A stretch of DNA of 64,000 nucleotides from Phoronis australis (Eukaryota > Animalia > Phoronida). Made by a program: the position numbers and the translations under genes. The notes below the pieces were generated by a model that was given only the letters and a program-made list of their open reading frames with translations, ran no database searches and was not told the DNA's origin. The stretch covers positions 1 through 64,000 of the forward strand of contig NMRA01000201.1 of NCBI GenBank assembly GCA_002633005.1, read 5' to 3'. Shown one piece after another: positions 22,115 through 37,100 of this stretch. Each line of letters begins with the position of its first letter. Position 1 is the stretch's first letter.

Positions 22115-25100
22115 GTGAGTAGTCACATGACTTTCTCACCTTTTGTTAAAGAACCCCATTGCCCTAGTTAGATCAAGTGGAATTCGCAAATGTCAAACTT
22201 CAACAGATCAAGTTAGGGCTGCTAAATCTTCCCGTTGAAGGAGTGGTTAGTTTATTGTTTGTTATAAGAAGAGCTAACCAGCGAAATAAACAAAACAAAG
22301 GGTTCCAGCCCAAAACATGAACCAAACCAATGGATTTCAGTGGTGGTGGTACTTGAGTCTTTAAGTGTTTGTCATTTTGTGGTTGTCTACACTCACTCAA
22401 AAATTGACAAGTTAAGTGAAAAAACACTGGTATTGATAACGTCAGTATTCAGAAATGGCTCGTCTTTTCTGATCTTTTATTGTAAAAGTCTGTTTAATAA
22501 ATGAATCATTACGATTTGAGTGCGTTAACAAGATATTTCTACCACTCCAATGTTTTTAACTGCTACAGTCAAAAATAACATTAATTTTGTATTTCGCTTT
22601 CAGTGAAAGGCAACTAAGCCAGTTTACTAAAAAGGTTTTCATTAAAGGTTGACATGCTCACTATGTATACCCTACAGTGGCGGATCTAGGATATCACAAG
22701 GGGGGCCCAACATTTTGTCTGTAAACATTTGCTCAAAGCAAGATTGTAGATGCGCATAGCACCGAATGGGGGAGGTTTGCCCCCCTCCCGTCCAGGAAAT
22801 TTTTCTGTTTTTTCCTCTAAAAATCAAGCATTTTCTTTGATTCCCGAAGTATTATCCTAGAAAAAAAGGCAAAAAAACACAAAAAAACGATGGTCAACCA
22901 GGAAAAACTGCAAGTACCACAGACTCGAACTCACGACCTGGCGGATATAGCACGCGGGCTTTACCACTGCTCCACCACGATTTAACTCCTAATTTGATAC
23001 TAAGAGACCTACTTAATTATGGTCCACAGCATTTGTGCGCGAAACCTCCTTCTTTTTGTAATGCTTATTACATGTTTTATATTTTGTGCAATCAGTTCGT
23101 AACAAATTTGTTGTATTAAAAATATTCAAATGTTCAAAAGACCAAATCCGTTATTTGTGTTGGCAATAATGACGTGATTGCTTTGGAAATTGTCTTAAGT
23201 TAAGGTTTGACAATGAGAGAATTATGAGTTTCTGAGTGATTCACTAAGGCTTCGATTAAAATTGACATCTTACCAGCACCTTCTGTTTTTTCACCATCAC
23301 TCAGATTCCGTTTTCTTTAAAAAATGAAGTAATTTTCTTCATTGCACAGTGGAGCAGACGACGGAAACGGAGTTGTAGTGCCCAGCGCCGCTGCCGGTCG
23401 CCTGAGATATCGCGGGAGAGCCGTGTTCCGAATTTGACACTTGCAATTGGATCTGAGCCCACCCCCCCCCCCCAAACACTAAAACTGCACACATTTAAAT
23501 CTTGTTTCAGCCGTATAATTTTAATTACCGGGGTTAATTAATAAACTCAACATTTCCCTACGCTCTTGCTGTTTTATTTTGGGCCCACCCCCCTAAATCC
23601 GCCTATGCCCTAAATGCTGAAACTTAAGCCCTGTTACTTGCAAATTACAACATTAAAACAGGAAGGAGTTTTGCTGGTGCCATAATTCTAGCAACCGGTT
23701 GAGGGCACTCCAAGCCTCTTTTTAAGGCCAAATATCGGCCCCACTCCCCTATGGAAATATTTTAAAATTGCACGCAATTCCACTCCAGAGACCCATAAAA
23801 TCCCTGGCTCCAGTGCAGGGCTCGACATTAGCAATAGTCCGACTGCCCGGGACAACCAATTTTTTGGTCCGGACAAGCTCACGGCTGAGCAACATGTCCG
23901 ACGGGACAAGTTGATGAAATTTTGGAAGTTATAGTAAATCGGAATGATCAGAACTTCATCGTAGCAGTGGTAACTCACTTGTTTAGCGATCAATGGCGGT
24001 AAGATGTGGCACAAATCACTGAGGTGTCGTTTAGATAATGCAGGAGCTCATGATTGAACACGATCCGAGGCACTTGCATTCGAATAGTTCTAGGCAAAGT
24101 GATGTGTTCTCATTTAAATACACGGCAGTATCTCTCGTAATGTGGCAAAGTTTTGATTTTAGCTAGGTCCTAGCATTGTTCCGAGCGTTTTGACCGCACG
24201 CCAGGTTCTCGACGATTTGTCTCTTGTTTAATAATGCATGTTTTTAACGACTTTCACTTCTGACACCAAAATGGAAGCGCCCAACCAAAGGCAAGAGCGC
24301 AAAAAATCAGCTTGCAATTTGTGCAAGTCGAACATTTTGTCCACGTTCCACGACAACAAAAACTTAAGTTTTTTTAATTCGCCTAATGACTTTTTGCAAG
24401 ATGTGTTTTTGCTTCATTATTTTAGGGGACGAACAGTACCCCTATTGCCTAATATTAGTAACTTCCGATTGTTGAGCAGTGCTTTGAACAAAGTGGTGTT
24501 GACTTCGAACTCAAAAAGAAATATACAATGTATATAAAAATGTTACACTGTTGAAAGTATTCAATAAGAAGACCTGTCAATCATTAGCATGTGTTTGGTT
24601 GGATATCTAAGTTCAAAGTATTCAGTAAGACCTGTCAATCATTGGCCCATGCTTGGTTGCCTAAGTGTTCAGTGGGAAGCAAATCTTTACACAATGAGTG
24701 CTTCCCTTAAAAATACGCCACGAATTAGCGGAGTCTTGTTTAATCTGTCTTTATTCTCAAGAAACTTGCCCTTCTGAACGCACGACTACCTGTAGGAATA
24801 CCTTAGGTACGTAAACACCCAATCACAGTCAGGATCACGACGCCACTGTATCGTGTGCGCAGGCCGTCGAAGACCAGTATTTCAATCCCCTGACTGATAT
24901 CAGTGTAGCTTTGTCAGGGTAAAATCGGTCCTCTGTACAGTAAGCGACAACTCTTTGCAAAATTTTCGACTTAAACCGCCCATGCTAGGTGTACCGCACT
25001 CGCACTGTTTTTTAAATTCCCAATTAAAGCGCCGTGGGCAGTAACGTGGACAAGTACGGAAACTCAAATTTCAATCATTGGCTCGTCAACACATTTTGAC

Positions 25101-28100
25101 ACTTGATCGTTACAACTTTTGATTTACTGACTGTACTTCGGGAGCAAGTTTTCGGTTATACAGAATTTGTTAAATGCACGACGCTTTTCATTGTTCAGTC
25201 TTTATTCTGTTTCGTTCATACTTTCGGAACAAAACTCTTCTCTCAACTGGACATAGATACAGTAACTGACCTAGCGACATAATTAAAAGACACACGATAT
25301 TTCGAAACATACTTGCTTCATTCTCAAATGACAGGACAAGTTAACATAAAAGTTAATGTCGAGTCCTGCAGTGATGTAAAAAATTACCCTTAACGTTTTA
25401 ATGTACTCTGGAAAATGTTAATTTTGGCTACTTAAGGTTGTCTCAAACTTTATTCACAAAAATTGTCCATTTTTTCAATGTTTTACATGTCTAGCAAAAT
25501 TCTTCATCTTTATTCTCGGGGAACTTCAAATACAAAATATATACCATGTTATGAGAAAAAAGATTTAGCAGAATCACCTTGGAACCGCGAGGATATTTGT
25601 TTACTACTTATTTGAAGTCAGAGGTTACAGGGCTGCCACACAAATCGAATTTCCCGCCAGGTACAGAGCAGCTTCATATGTGCCCTCAGTTCTTTCATTC
25701 ACTGAGTCGCCATAATATTGAGTCAATGAGGTGTACATATGATCGTATATTGCCAGGGAAAACTAAGACAAAACATAGTTTTGGATCTTGAGCTGAGGGA
25801 ATAGCGCGTCTACATGCATACGTCCGTTGAGAACAAATGCTACGAGTCGCCTCATTCCTCTATGGTTACAAACACAGGAAGTTGTAAAAAGAGATAAATT
25901 CCTTGATTAATAAGTAATTTGACATTTTGCTGTTTCAATCTTATGTTAACAACGTGCTTTTATCACCGACTCAATTTGGTTTCATATCAGTCTCAACTTA
26001 GGAACACGAGTTCTCGAAAATGGCTCGGTGAATTTATTCATCAATCTCAGAAACGCTTTTAGGATTTTCGATATTGTAAAAGCCTGGTTTTTGTGTAATG
26101 TAACAAAGATGAATACGACTTCTATTTCTCACAAAAACACCTTACGTTTTCCGAGTTGATTTGTCATAGAAACCTAATGAAAAGGCTAATAAAAAATTCC
26201 TAACAGCTTTTTTGAGGTATGGTAACTGGCGAAGTTTTCATTTAAAAAATGTTTGAATTTCATTAAAATCGACCGAGGGGTTATTTTGCTATGAATGTAC
26301 CTTTCTTAAAAATTTTGACTTAAAAAGGTGTTAATATAATAATAATGATAATAATAATAATAATAATAATAATAATGGTACGTAAATACAAAACCCATTT
26401 TTATATTCCCTGTTCTTTTGTCTTTCAGAAAATGTATACTTTTAGTTGTTACAAAGCTTAGTTTTTTGATATACGAGTTAGAATGGAGGCCACTAAATAA
26501 GGTATGAGATAACCTTAAGGCTTTGCTGTTGGGGGCTGACGACTATGGGTAGAATGAATTGACGGTAGCCAAGGGAGGGAGAGGTAGAATTTTCCCTCAA
26601 CCAAAAACTTCACACAGGTACCTTTCTCTTCAGGTGAGCGAGAGCCCTGATTTTAATGAAAGTTTCTAAAAAGTTGTCACTCTTTATTTCTCAAATGGTT
26701 CAAGTTAACTGTATGGATCTTTTCTTCATATTACTGAGTTTTTATGTGTCTCACTCACCTGTAACATGTTGTTCTAGCATTAATGTTTTTGATTGTGAAA
26801 TAGTGGAGTCAGATTTTGTAATTGTTGTTCACTCCTTTCACAATTCAGCTGACAAAAAGTTTCACTTTGTGCTTTGTTGTAGTGATGTGAGGTTTGTTGG
26901 CAATGATTGATTACGCCTACAGTACACTGAGCAGTAGCACGTGTGAATTTTGTTGTTACAATGTTTTGAGCATCAGTTTGGGCACGCTCATGTCTATAAA
27001 TTTCCAAATGTAATGAGTTCGGCTTAGTGAAGTCTTAGTGACTTACTTTTGTCTATGTCACTACGAGAATCCTTGTGTGGTGTTCTAGTCAGACGCCTGT
27101 CAATGCAACAATTTTTAGCCTTTCCTCCTTTGTTCTGTCCTCTGTGTTCTGTGAAGATGTCATATGGTGCGAAAAGCTAGTTTAGTTGAGGAGCTTACAT
27201 TAGAGTGATTAAATCATGTTTTCTCTAATTTGTGGCTTATGTATTGCTACGACTTTCTAGATAGCCCAATACATCTAAAATAACAAAACATGAATATGTT
27301 CATTAAGAAGTGCTTTAAAGTTTCTCGGGGATCCCTAACTTATAAAAAGTTAGGGGATTCCAGTAATTTGAGTTGCTCCCAGGCGTCACAATCATCCCCT
27401 CAAGACCCCTTTTCGCCACACCTGTGTGTGGGACTACCAAAAATTAGCACTGCGGTGATGTGGAAGAGTGTTGTAAATTTGTATGGCGTGGTGATGTGGA
27501 TGGTGACAGGTTTGCCCCGCGATGCCTTTGGATCAGTTTAGAATTATTATTATCACTCGCAGCACTAGGAAGATGGTTGAAAAGTCTCTCCTAAAGTGGT
27601 CCGCAATAGTATCCCTTGAAATGCCTACTGTTTAACAACTAGAGTTACCAATATGGTAATGTGTTGTTAGGATGAATGGTTTCCTAGAACACTGTCATGT
27701 TCTATTATTGGAATGTTTATTTCATTTGTCAAAATTGGTTTGCTTTCTGAATTGACTGCATCAAGCAAAAGACCTTGGTTAACTCTCACCAATTGATATT
27801 TTAAAATTTTGAAAGGGCTCCTAGATTGCTGTGAATGTCCACAATTCTTCATCATCTGATGGTAGTCACGGTATACAGTTGGGCAATTCCGTGAAAAGGT
27901 CAACCTCGAGACAAAAAATTAAAATTGTGGCTACACTAACATTTCCGGTCTCATCTGAAAGCCCATTCTCTGTAGTTGCAGGACCCATATTTGACTGTCC
28001 TATAACTTTCAATTTTTTTGTTTAAATGGACCCATTTTTGGGGCCACTAGACCCTAAAAAATTAGCTCGATTTTCATATGTGTTGTCATAAACACTATTG

Positions 28101-31100
28101 TCCAAAATTTTGGATCTCGGGGGGATTATTCATTTAGTCAGAAATTGTGTGACAGACGTACAGCAAATTTGTACGTCCGTCACGTACATCCGTCACACCC
28201 ATGAAATTGCAATTTTTCAGCCAATAGTATATGCAAATAACAAGAGACCTAAAAGAATACGTGTCAAGTTGCTATTGCACTGAAATCAACATGTTATTTC
28301 TGGTCTGACCTGCTATGCTGTGTTTTGTGTTGAAAAAGCCAATACCGGGAATTTTCAAGCGGTAGGAATCTGCCACCTACTTTACTGAGCATTTTTGCCA
28401 CACCCTCACTGGCTGTAGGCACTCTTTTTTGTTTTCAGTGTATTGGGTCATTGGGTGGCTTGTATGAAATTATTTCATAGCAAATGATTACATTGTATCG
28501 TCTTACATAGTTTTGATCCTTCAACCTTTTTAAGAATTTAAGTCGACTAATTTTTTTCTGCTGAGCTTAAGCGAGATTAAACCACATTTAGAAAGGATAG
28601 AGGAACTTGTTGGAGACCACGAGAAGAACAGTAGCAACCAGGAGAAGTATAAATATCTGCTGGAATATTCTCTGAAACTAAAAAACAATGCCATTGTGGA
28701 TCAAGAAATTCATAATTGTACTTGCTCGTACTGTGATGTGGCATTATTTAAAGCCTCTCCTTAAATTTGAAAAGAAGACACAAGTTAAAGAGTTGGATGA
28801 AAACCTAATCATTATAATCACTAAATAGAAAGCAGCATCTGATAAGTTAGCTCTACATATTCCTAAATCATAATCCTAAATGCAATTAATTTAAAATGTC
28901 TTGTTTTTCACACTGGAAGACAGCACGTGTGATTTGAATCAAAATATGAATGCCAAAAGTCGAAGATGTTCACTAAACCACATGCCTCGCACTTGGTTTT
29001 AAGAAGATACTGAAGTTCTGTTACTAATACTTTAAAAGCATCACAGTTATTACTTACATGGGCATGTATCGGAACCATTGACAGCATGGACCAGAGAATA
29101 ATTTTGTACAAACTCACAGGACATGTTATAATTTAAAAACAATTAATAAAAATAATTTTCATGAGTAATTAGTAATGTTTCGAAATTTATTTCACATTTT
29201 ATATTTTGACTGTCATATTTACTTTACAGTTTTGAATTAGTGCTCTATTTAACGCTTAAAAACAGATTTTCCTGATAGCTAACAGCTGTCAAATACAAAA
29301 TGATTATCACTCTCATTCCCATCGATAATGCTTTCCCTCTTCAAAAGGAAGTGAAGATTGTAGTAGATTGTTTTATATATTTAATCAAATTTATTAAAAA
29401 GTTAAAATCCTAGAGTATATTCCTAGTATATCCCTACCTGTGATGATTTTGTGCAGAAGGTCAATCGGTACATTTTAATTAAAAACATTGAATGAGTAGC
29501 AAAAGACCAATATAGCTTAAATACTGCAAAAGTTTGAATCATTCTGAACTGATATCTTAGTCACAACAAACAATTTAATACTAGAAATTCAGAGCATAGG
29601 TCCATCACGTACGTCCGTTACAGTAACTTAACATATATGAAGCTGTTTGACAAAAATTTCTTAGCAGATATCATCAAAAAATTAGTGTAATGTACTTTGC
29701 AAACATTCCACTAAATCATCATATAAAACATAAAATTGTAACTTAGTGCAACTCACAAAAAATTAACGTTAAATTTTTTTTTAAATTCAAATTCTCTGCG
29801 TACATCCGTCACACCCCTTTAAAGACAATTTTCTCAGTCGGATTAAAAGATAGGGGAAAAGTTGATACATGCTTTGAAAGCTATCAGTGACACCTATCAA
29901 TCGATGTATTATTTTCCTGGGGTGAACATTTTTTTCACAGTTGATCAAAATGTTCTCTGATTGTACGTCCGTCACAAATGGAATTGCCCAATTAAATTAA
30001 TAAACATTTATTTGGTGCTACTTATCTTATGAAACCAGTAAAAAACTACTGCTTACTTTTACTCTGTTCAAAGCGATTATAACTTATAAGACTTATTTAT
30101 AGCCTGTCTTGAGCGGTAACACTTGTAAAATTGGTTCTTACAGTATATTAAGAGCATCCCTCTGAGCCCACTTGTGCCATAAATTGCCAAATGTAATGAA
30201 TTGTTAGGTGTATTGGCTTGGTTTAATGTCTACGTCACCACCAGAATCACCTTTTAATTGAAACAGCTGCGAATAACACCCGGCACATAATGGTGGTCTA
30301 ATCAGACCCCTGTTCAGTGAACTGTTTTGTGTTGTTTTTGTGTGCTGGGATCTCGCAGTGATGTAATGTCAGTAGAAAAAAAACAACTTCGCCTATCATT
30401 TGACGGGCCTACCTTTGCGTGATTAAACTCGCATGTTCTTATTTTGCTAAGGTTTTGCCAGGACTACCTTGTTAGCCCAATACATCTAAAGTAACAAAAT
30501 TTCATTGAAGTTATGCTTTAAAGGTTATAACTCTTGGTCTGCCCACTTTTAAACAGATTTTGAAAGTTGTAACTGTAGCATGGTTGTAATCCTTTGTGAG
30601 GTTGGTTTAGGAAGAGGTTTTAACTGTTGTGACTGACCGTGAACGTTGCAGTTGAAAAAGTTATAACTCAGTAGGTAGTGCTGCTGTGCAATCTTATTGG
30701 CATCAAAGGCACACCAAGGCACTAACTGGGGGTGAAGTGAACAGCGATAGAACTGACATCTTTTGACTGAAGCTAGGAACTAGGGTTACAACAGTTGTAA
30801 CTTTCTATGTGAACAGTAACTATTTCATAACAATTAAAACTGTGGAAAGTTACAATTGGGTTTAGTCGGTCTGAATGCAGCTTGTGTAAGCTATGGTATC
30901 TTAAATTAGTGAGATGTTATGGGTATGATGGACTTGTAGGAATAATTAAGTGTTCATGTTTCCGTTAGGCAGTGCAGACCGAAAGTAAAAGTTTCATGTA
31001 ACATAACATTTATTGCCATGCTTCTACTTCACAGTTTGTTTTGAAAATGTTTTTAGTTTTTTATTGAAATTTGGAGGAAATTTTGTGGAGTCGAATTGAA

Positions 31101-34100
31101 GAATTTGGATGATGGAATGGATTTATCTGGAGGAATTTGAGAAATTCAAAGAAAAACATGTTTTGCAAGGTTAGCAAGGATTTGTATTTTTTTGTTAAAA
31201 TATCAAATTTACGCAGCTGTAACTACACTTTTAAATTGCCCTTGCTACTTGTCAATGCAGAAATATTATCTGTTGCCAGGTATAAATTAACTAATTTAAT
31301 AATCATTCAATCATTCAGTCACTTGCATGTTGTTCTTCATGTAATAAGCAACCTTTGTTACCAAGGATTAAATTTTTTGAAAACAGCTTTGAAGTCTTTA
31401 TAATAGATGCTTCAATCTTTATATTTTTTAAGTGTTTGCTAATCGCAGCACTTTATCATGCACGAAAGCAATGCTCAGATTTTCATAATCACGTGATTGT
31501 TTTTTTTCAAAAATCACAAGTTTGTAGAAACTAAATGCCGTATTTACTATTAACACGAATTGGTTCACAGGAAACATGCAAATTTCGTTTTTTTATTCTA
31601 TTTACTATTAAACGTGTTTGGGATTGTCTTTTAATGCTGTTTAGCCTGAAAGCTCAGCTGTCAACAATCAAGTCTATTGACACAAATCAAAGGAAGTCGA
31701 CCTCTTCATTTTCAATTGAGGACTGAATGGCTGAAGATCCCAGACACAGTTTTGTTGAAAAAGTGCAGTCTCTTGATGACAAATATCTGGTCATTATTTT
31801 TGTGCACTGATAAAGATTCTGTGATCATCAAGGATTTTAAGAATATGTTATTTTTTGGTCTACTATTAATAGTTAGAAATTTGATCCTTGGTATCCAAGG
31901 TTTTTTTGCAGACTGCTCAAGGTCAACTTTCCTGAGGCTGAGCTGTCCAACTTGTCAGGCCTTAATCTCGACATATGATAAGGTGACAGTAATCAGAACC
32001 TCTTCCTTTGTACTGTTCCAGTAGTTATTGTTATTAATCATTTGTGGTTGGGAGCAATCTATTCCATGAGCTCTCCAAATCAAATCATCATTTAATTCAA
32101 GTATATTGGCCTCCAACCCCTGTCACAACATGTACACAAGAACAAACTGACTAATTCAAAATTCAGTGCAAACAACTACAAGGATTCACACATTGTACCA
32201 GGTTTCTTTCGAATCATTTAAAAGCTGTTAGCTGACCTCTTTCTTCTGGTTTTATAAAAAAAATAATATCCAAATTTTAAGATATCATATGTCTTGTCAA
32301 GCTCTAGTCATAACTGCAACAAGGGGATCTGTCTCGTGCCAAAGTAAAGCAATAAATGGAAGCGCCCGGATCAAGCTACACCTGGAGAAATGAAATGAAG
32401 TACTTACAATTGAGGTTGATGACAAAAACAAGAATACCATCATCTTGACCACAATCAAGGCGTCCATGATGATGCTGGCAATGATAGGCTTCCAGCTATT
32501 CACGACGCATATTGTAAATTCCACCCTGATTAGATAAGAAATGATACCTGTAATGTGCTAACAAAGACACAAACAAAAAAATAAACAAACACTATGACAA
32601 AGTAAAAGATTTGGAAAAATTTCATTTCACCTTAACGCTACGTAAATTTCCTGAAAAGTGTAATACTTAACATGAAGACTATAAGCCAACGAATTGCTCT
32701 ATAAGAACAGTCATCTGACCAGTAAATCTCAAATATCTTGAGAGCGGCAAGTTACAGCGAGAAATGGGTTTCAGGTTACTGATAGTGCTTGAAACGATTT
32801 ATTCACATACCAAATTTCGGACAGATCTATCCAGGGATGCCGATCGTACGCCACATAATCTCAATTAATTGTAGTCCTCTCCTCGGAAATTCTTAAATAA
32901 CTTGAGAACAGTAAGGCCTAGAAAAATAACAGACAAGTGAAAAATGGCTGTCACACTGCCACCTTGCTTCCAGTTTTAACCAAAATACCACGAAATGTGA
33001 CTTGTGGCATGCAACAAAGAAACAAACAAATTCTATGACAAAGTAACAGACTTGGAGAAATTTCATTTCACCAAATAAAAATTATTGAAGCTTGAGTTAT
33101 GTAAAAGAAACATGGCATGACCAATCGACCTCGAATAACTTGAAAAAGTAGGCCACAAAGAAAAATGGATGGCAGTGTGCAGACAGCACTTGCTGAGATC
33201 TTTCTACATGTAGGGACGCTTGAGATATGTCATGAAAACACAATTCAAGAGCAATCCGGGGATATTTTGGAACAACTTGAATGGTATGTCATAGATGAGA
33301 ACAGGTGGCACACGTCCAATAGTCCCTGAAATGGTCTTTTCACAGAAAAAATGCTTAAATACCGTCCAAAGACAAGGGAACTATGGCTCAGCAAACCAAA
33401 AAAATAGCAAATGGCCAGCACTGCCCCATCTTGTGTCAGATTTCCATCAAGAACCATGGGCTTGGAGCCATTTACAAGGCACATTTTTTTGGAAATTTCA
33501 TGATGATCGGATTAGAAAATTAATGTGACCTGGAGCTTGCGAACAAAAAAAGTTAACGGAAGAATAAAGTACTAGAGAAGTTGCAGTTTCCATACAGTTC
33601 AAATTACATTAGGGACAACATCTCACAAATCACGCTCGACACCTTCCCATCTACCTACCACAAACTTCAAATGAAATTGCGTATATCTAAATTGAGCCAT
33701 AATTTGAATATTTCTGAAGGATTCTAAACCTGTTATATACACTACAATTCTCAATAGGCAAATTAGTTTTATATAACTTATAACATAACTGGCTTATATG
33801 ACTAGAAATATCAGCAATCTGTTTTTATATTTCAATATTCAATATCTAAGCAACGCTGTATAAATGCCTCAATAATTCTATATTATTGATTCCATCCTAG
33901 TCAAATCACATAATACCAAAACCTGTACGTAGAAAACATTTTGTTTCTAGCATTCCTTTTCTCTTTCAGCCATTTCTAACTGGAATTCATTGAACACGCT
34001 GATGTATCTGTAGTAAGATTAATTTAATGATTTTAACCAGTATTTTATGATTCAAACTCAATTCTGGCTAATCTACTTACTATCCCAGTCAGTCTGCCCA

Positions 34101-37100
34101 GTTCACCTCGCTTTGGTACCAAGACTCAACAAAAATTTACTAAATCTATTCTGAACCCGCTTACTAGCAACACCTCTGCGAAAGCCCCAAAGCTCGCTCC
34201 CTTACATAAGACTAGGCAAAGTTTTTGTGTCAAATATTTTCAACTAAAATAGTGAACACGTGAGAATGTCAGCAGTATAAATTTCTTCATAACACAAATA
34301 CCCTTTGTATCGATACGCGATTTCCTCGTACAATGTACGTAGAGTTGGTTAATCTGTTTTTGTAAGGAAATTGCAGTTTGTGCAAAATATTAGCAAATTG
34401 TCCACAAACAGTAAAATAATAACTTTAACAGTCTTACGATTACTGGTAACTCAGTTGTTTTATTGAGTTTATTCAAGGTCATTCTGGTATAAGAAGCATA
34501 AGAAATGTGACATTTGACATTCTTGTCTCACCTCCAAATGATAGGCAAAGTAACCTGTCACCAGTCCGTCATTGTCCAATCGCACATAAATTTTCTCAAG
34601 AATTACGAAAGATCCCTCCAATATTATTCCTAATAATCTTATGTTTTATTCCGTCCATTCCTCCAGACCCAGTCGAAGTCTTTATGAAAATACACAGGCA
34701 ATAAAGTCTTCCTATCTGCTTAGAAATATATTTCGAAGTGAGTGTACTTGAAACAAACATGTTGTCTACAGTGCAGCAACCTTTACAGAAACCCTCCTGA
34801 GTCTCATTTATGATCTCATTATCAGACGACTCTTTATGTAATCTGTTGCGAATTGCTTCCGAAAATATTTTACCTGTGAACTGTAGCAAGGCAATTCCTC
34901 TATAATGTCCAGGATCGTTTCTGTTCCCATTTTTATGTGCATGCATTTACAGCTATTTCTCCTTGTGGCAATTTTAATCTTTTTAAATTAGCTAGGGGTG
35001 GATCCAGAATTTTGAGTTAGGTTGGCCAGGGCAGAGAATTAGCCAGGATTTTGCCCATCAAACATTCGCATCCCCGAACTGCCAAATGGAGCCTGGGAGA
35101 ATTTTAGGGGTGGCCATGGCCCTCTTGGCCCCCCTTCCCCTTGAATCTGCCACTGTTCGACTCCGTATGTTTTAGAGTTCCTTGACAGATTTTCATGAAA
35201 TTTCAACTGCCAAACAGGTTTCTTTTCAGGGCACTTTCTAAGATGTGTTTAAAGAGAAGTTATCTTAAATATGCATTCTTAAATCTATAGAACACCCTCA
35301 CATACAGGCGGTTGTGCTTAAAACGTTTGAATCGTTTCACTCTCTAGTTGTAGCATACATTGGCCAAGTCATTCTAAAGGACCTTTTCTCACCAATAACA
35401 TTTTAAACCGGGTTTAAACCAGTCTGCTGTCCTCAAACAGCATTTGATTTATACATCTCACTGCTTTGAAAATTAGTGTCAACTTGATACTTACTCAGAT
35501 GAGGAACAATTTACGATATTACGATATTACTAGCAAAGAAGTGGTAGTTTGTTAGTGCTTGAGGCTATGATTGGCTCATAATATGACCTGCCAAAGCAAG
35601 CTGAGTGGTTGAGCCTGATCTCAACCAATAGCCACATTCTCACCAAGCCCATTAAGTATCTTTAATCAGAGTAAGGAGTAAGTTAAGACCAAGTTAGGTT
35701 AATTCCCAAAACAAAGGTAGTTAGATGTTTGATAGATGGTATGTTATCAGCTGCTTTAAGCTTTTCGAGGCCCAACGTCTTTCCTAATTGTAAAAAGTGT
35801 GTGCTGCCTTTGACAGACTTGGAAATTTTTTTATGCGCCAACCTATTTATATGTGGACGCATTATAGTACTTTCCATTATTTCGAAATATTGTTATGTTC
35901 AGCTCGCTGACCTCCCTGTTCTGTGTTTGAGGTACTACTCTTCGGCCATTTGATTTCAGAGTTGATTAAGATTTTGTAGGATCTTAGAAAAATGAAAATG
36001 TCCATGTTTGGGTAATTTTGGAACATCATATTTCAGAAATGTCTAAGAGGATTCTTAAGAAACCTTCCGATACTGTGCTTTGTGCACTATTCTCTAGGAT
36101 GCTTTTAGAAATTGGACAGTCTTTAAAATGTTCCATTTTTGCACGTGAGGCTATCATAAACTGGGACTTGCGAAACAATCAAAAGTTTTATAAAAACAAA
36201 TATAAAACAATTATTTAGAAAACTGTAATAATGTTTTTGAGATTTCATCTTGAACATTTATTCTAATGAAATTTTGTTATGTTATTGGCATGGTTGTTGT
36301 CCCATCAATATACGTTACCGCTTTTTCAATAAACCACTAAGTAAAAAAACATGGTCACATGACCCAATCAGTGGTAGGGTGTTAAAATGCCAAACATCAA
36401 ATTCTGCAGGCTTTCTGCTTTCAAAAAATACAAACTTTTGCCGAGTTAAATTCTGAAGTTTTGTAGATGCTTGGCTAAGTATACAGACTTGTCGATAAGG
36501 GTTCAAGTTGTCAGGCAAGTAATAAAAGTTTATGTTCAAAGTTCAACAGATTAGTGAGTGCCTTGCTGTGCACTTCTGCTGAATGAGTACATTTCCTTTA
36601 CAGGAAGTCGGTTTCACTTTCAATTCCTTTGGTCAGCTACTCCTTGAAATTGATCACCACTGTTAATAGAAATTACACAGCACAATTTTAGGAAAGCTCA
36701 TTTCTGGTGCTGCGTCGTGTTTGACACAAACAATAGAAATGCGGTATATTGAGCGATGTTTGGCCTGGTAAAAAATTACCGCTTCTAAGGTACCGGTAAA
36801 ATAAGAATGAAATGATTTATTACGATAGAATCTCATCAATTCAGGACGCAACATGGCCGACAAGTAAAATTCTATTTATCATTGTTTTTATGAAGCAAGT
36901 TTTGTTGTACAGCTGCAATCAAACAAAGTTTTGAAAATTTTTGGACATTCACAACAATATTAGAAGGCCCTAAAATTTAAAAAAAATTCATAAATATTTT
37001 GTGCAAAAAGGCGAAATATGTGAGATTTTATCATAAGCCAAAAATAATCTGCATGAGCTTCATTCTCACCATAATTTAACCATACAAAACAAAAGTGATA

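Noticed and set aside
22921-22976. tRNA gene candidate on the minus strand
   Set aside because: A and B boxes are present but there is no convincing acceptor stem or cloverleaf, and it is embedded in a repeat; treated as SINE-like.
32297-32550. Hydrophobic minus-strand ORF with splice-like sites as a nested gene
   Set aside because: No recognisable homology or further exons, and it lies among repeat-like sequence.
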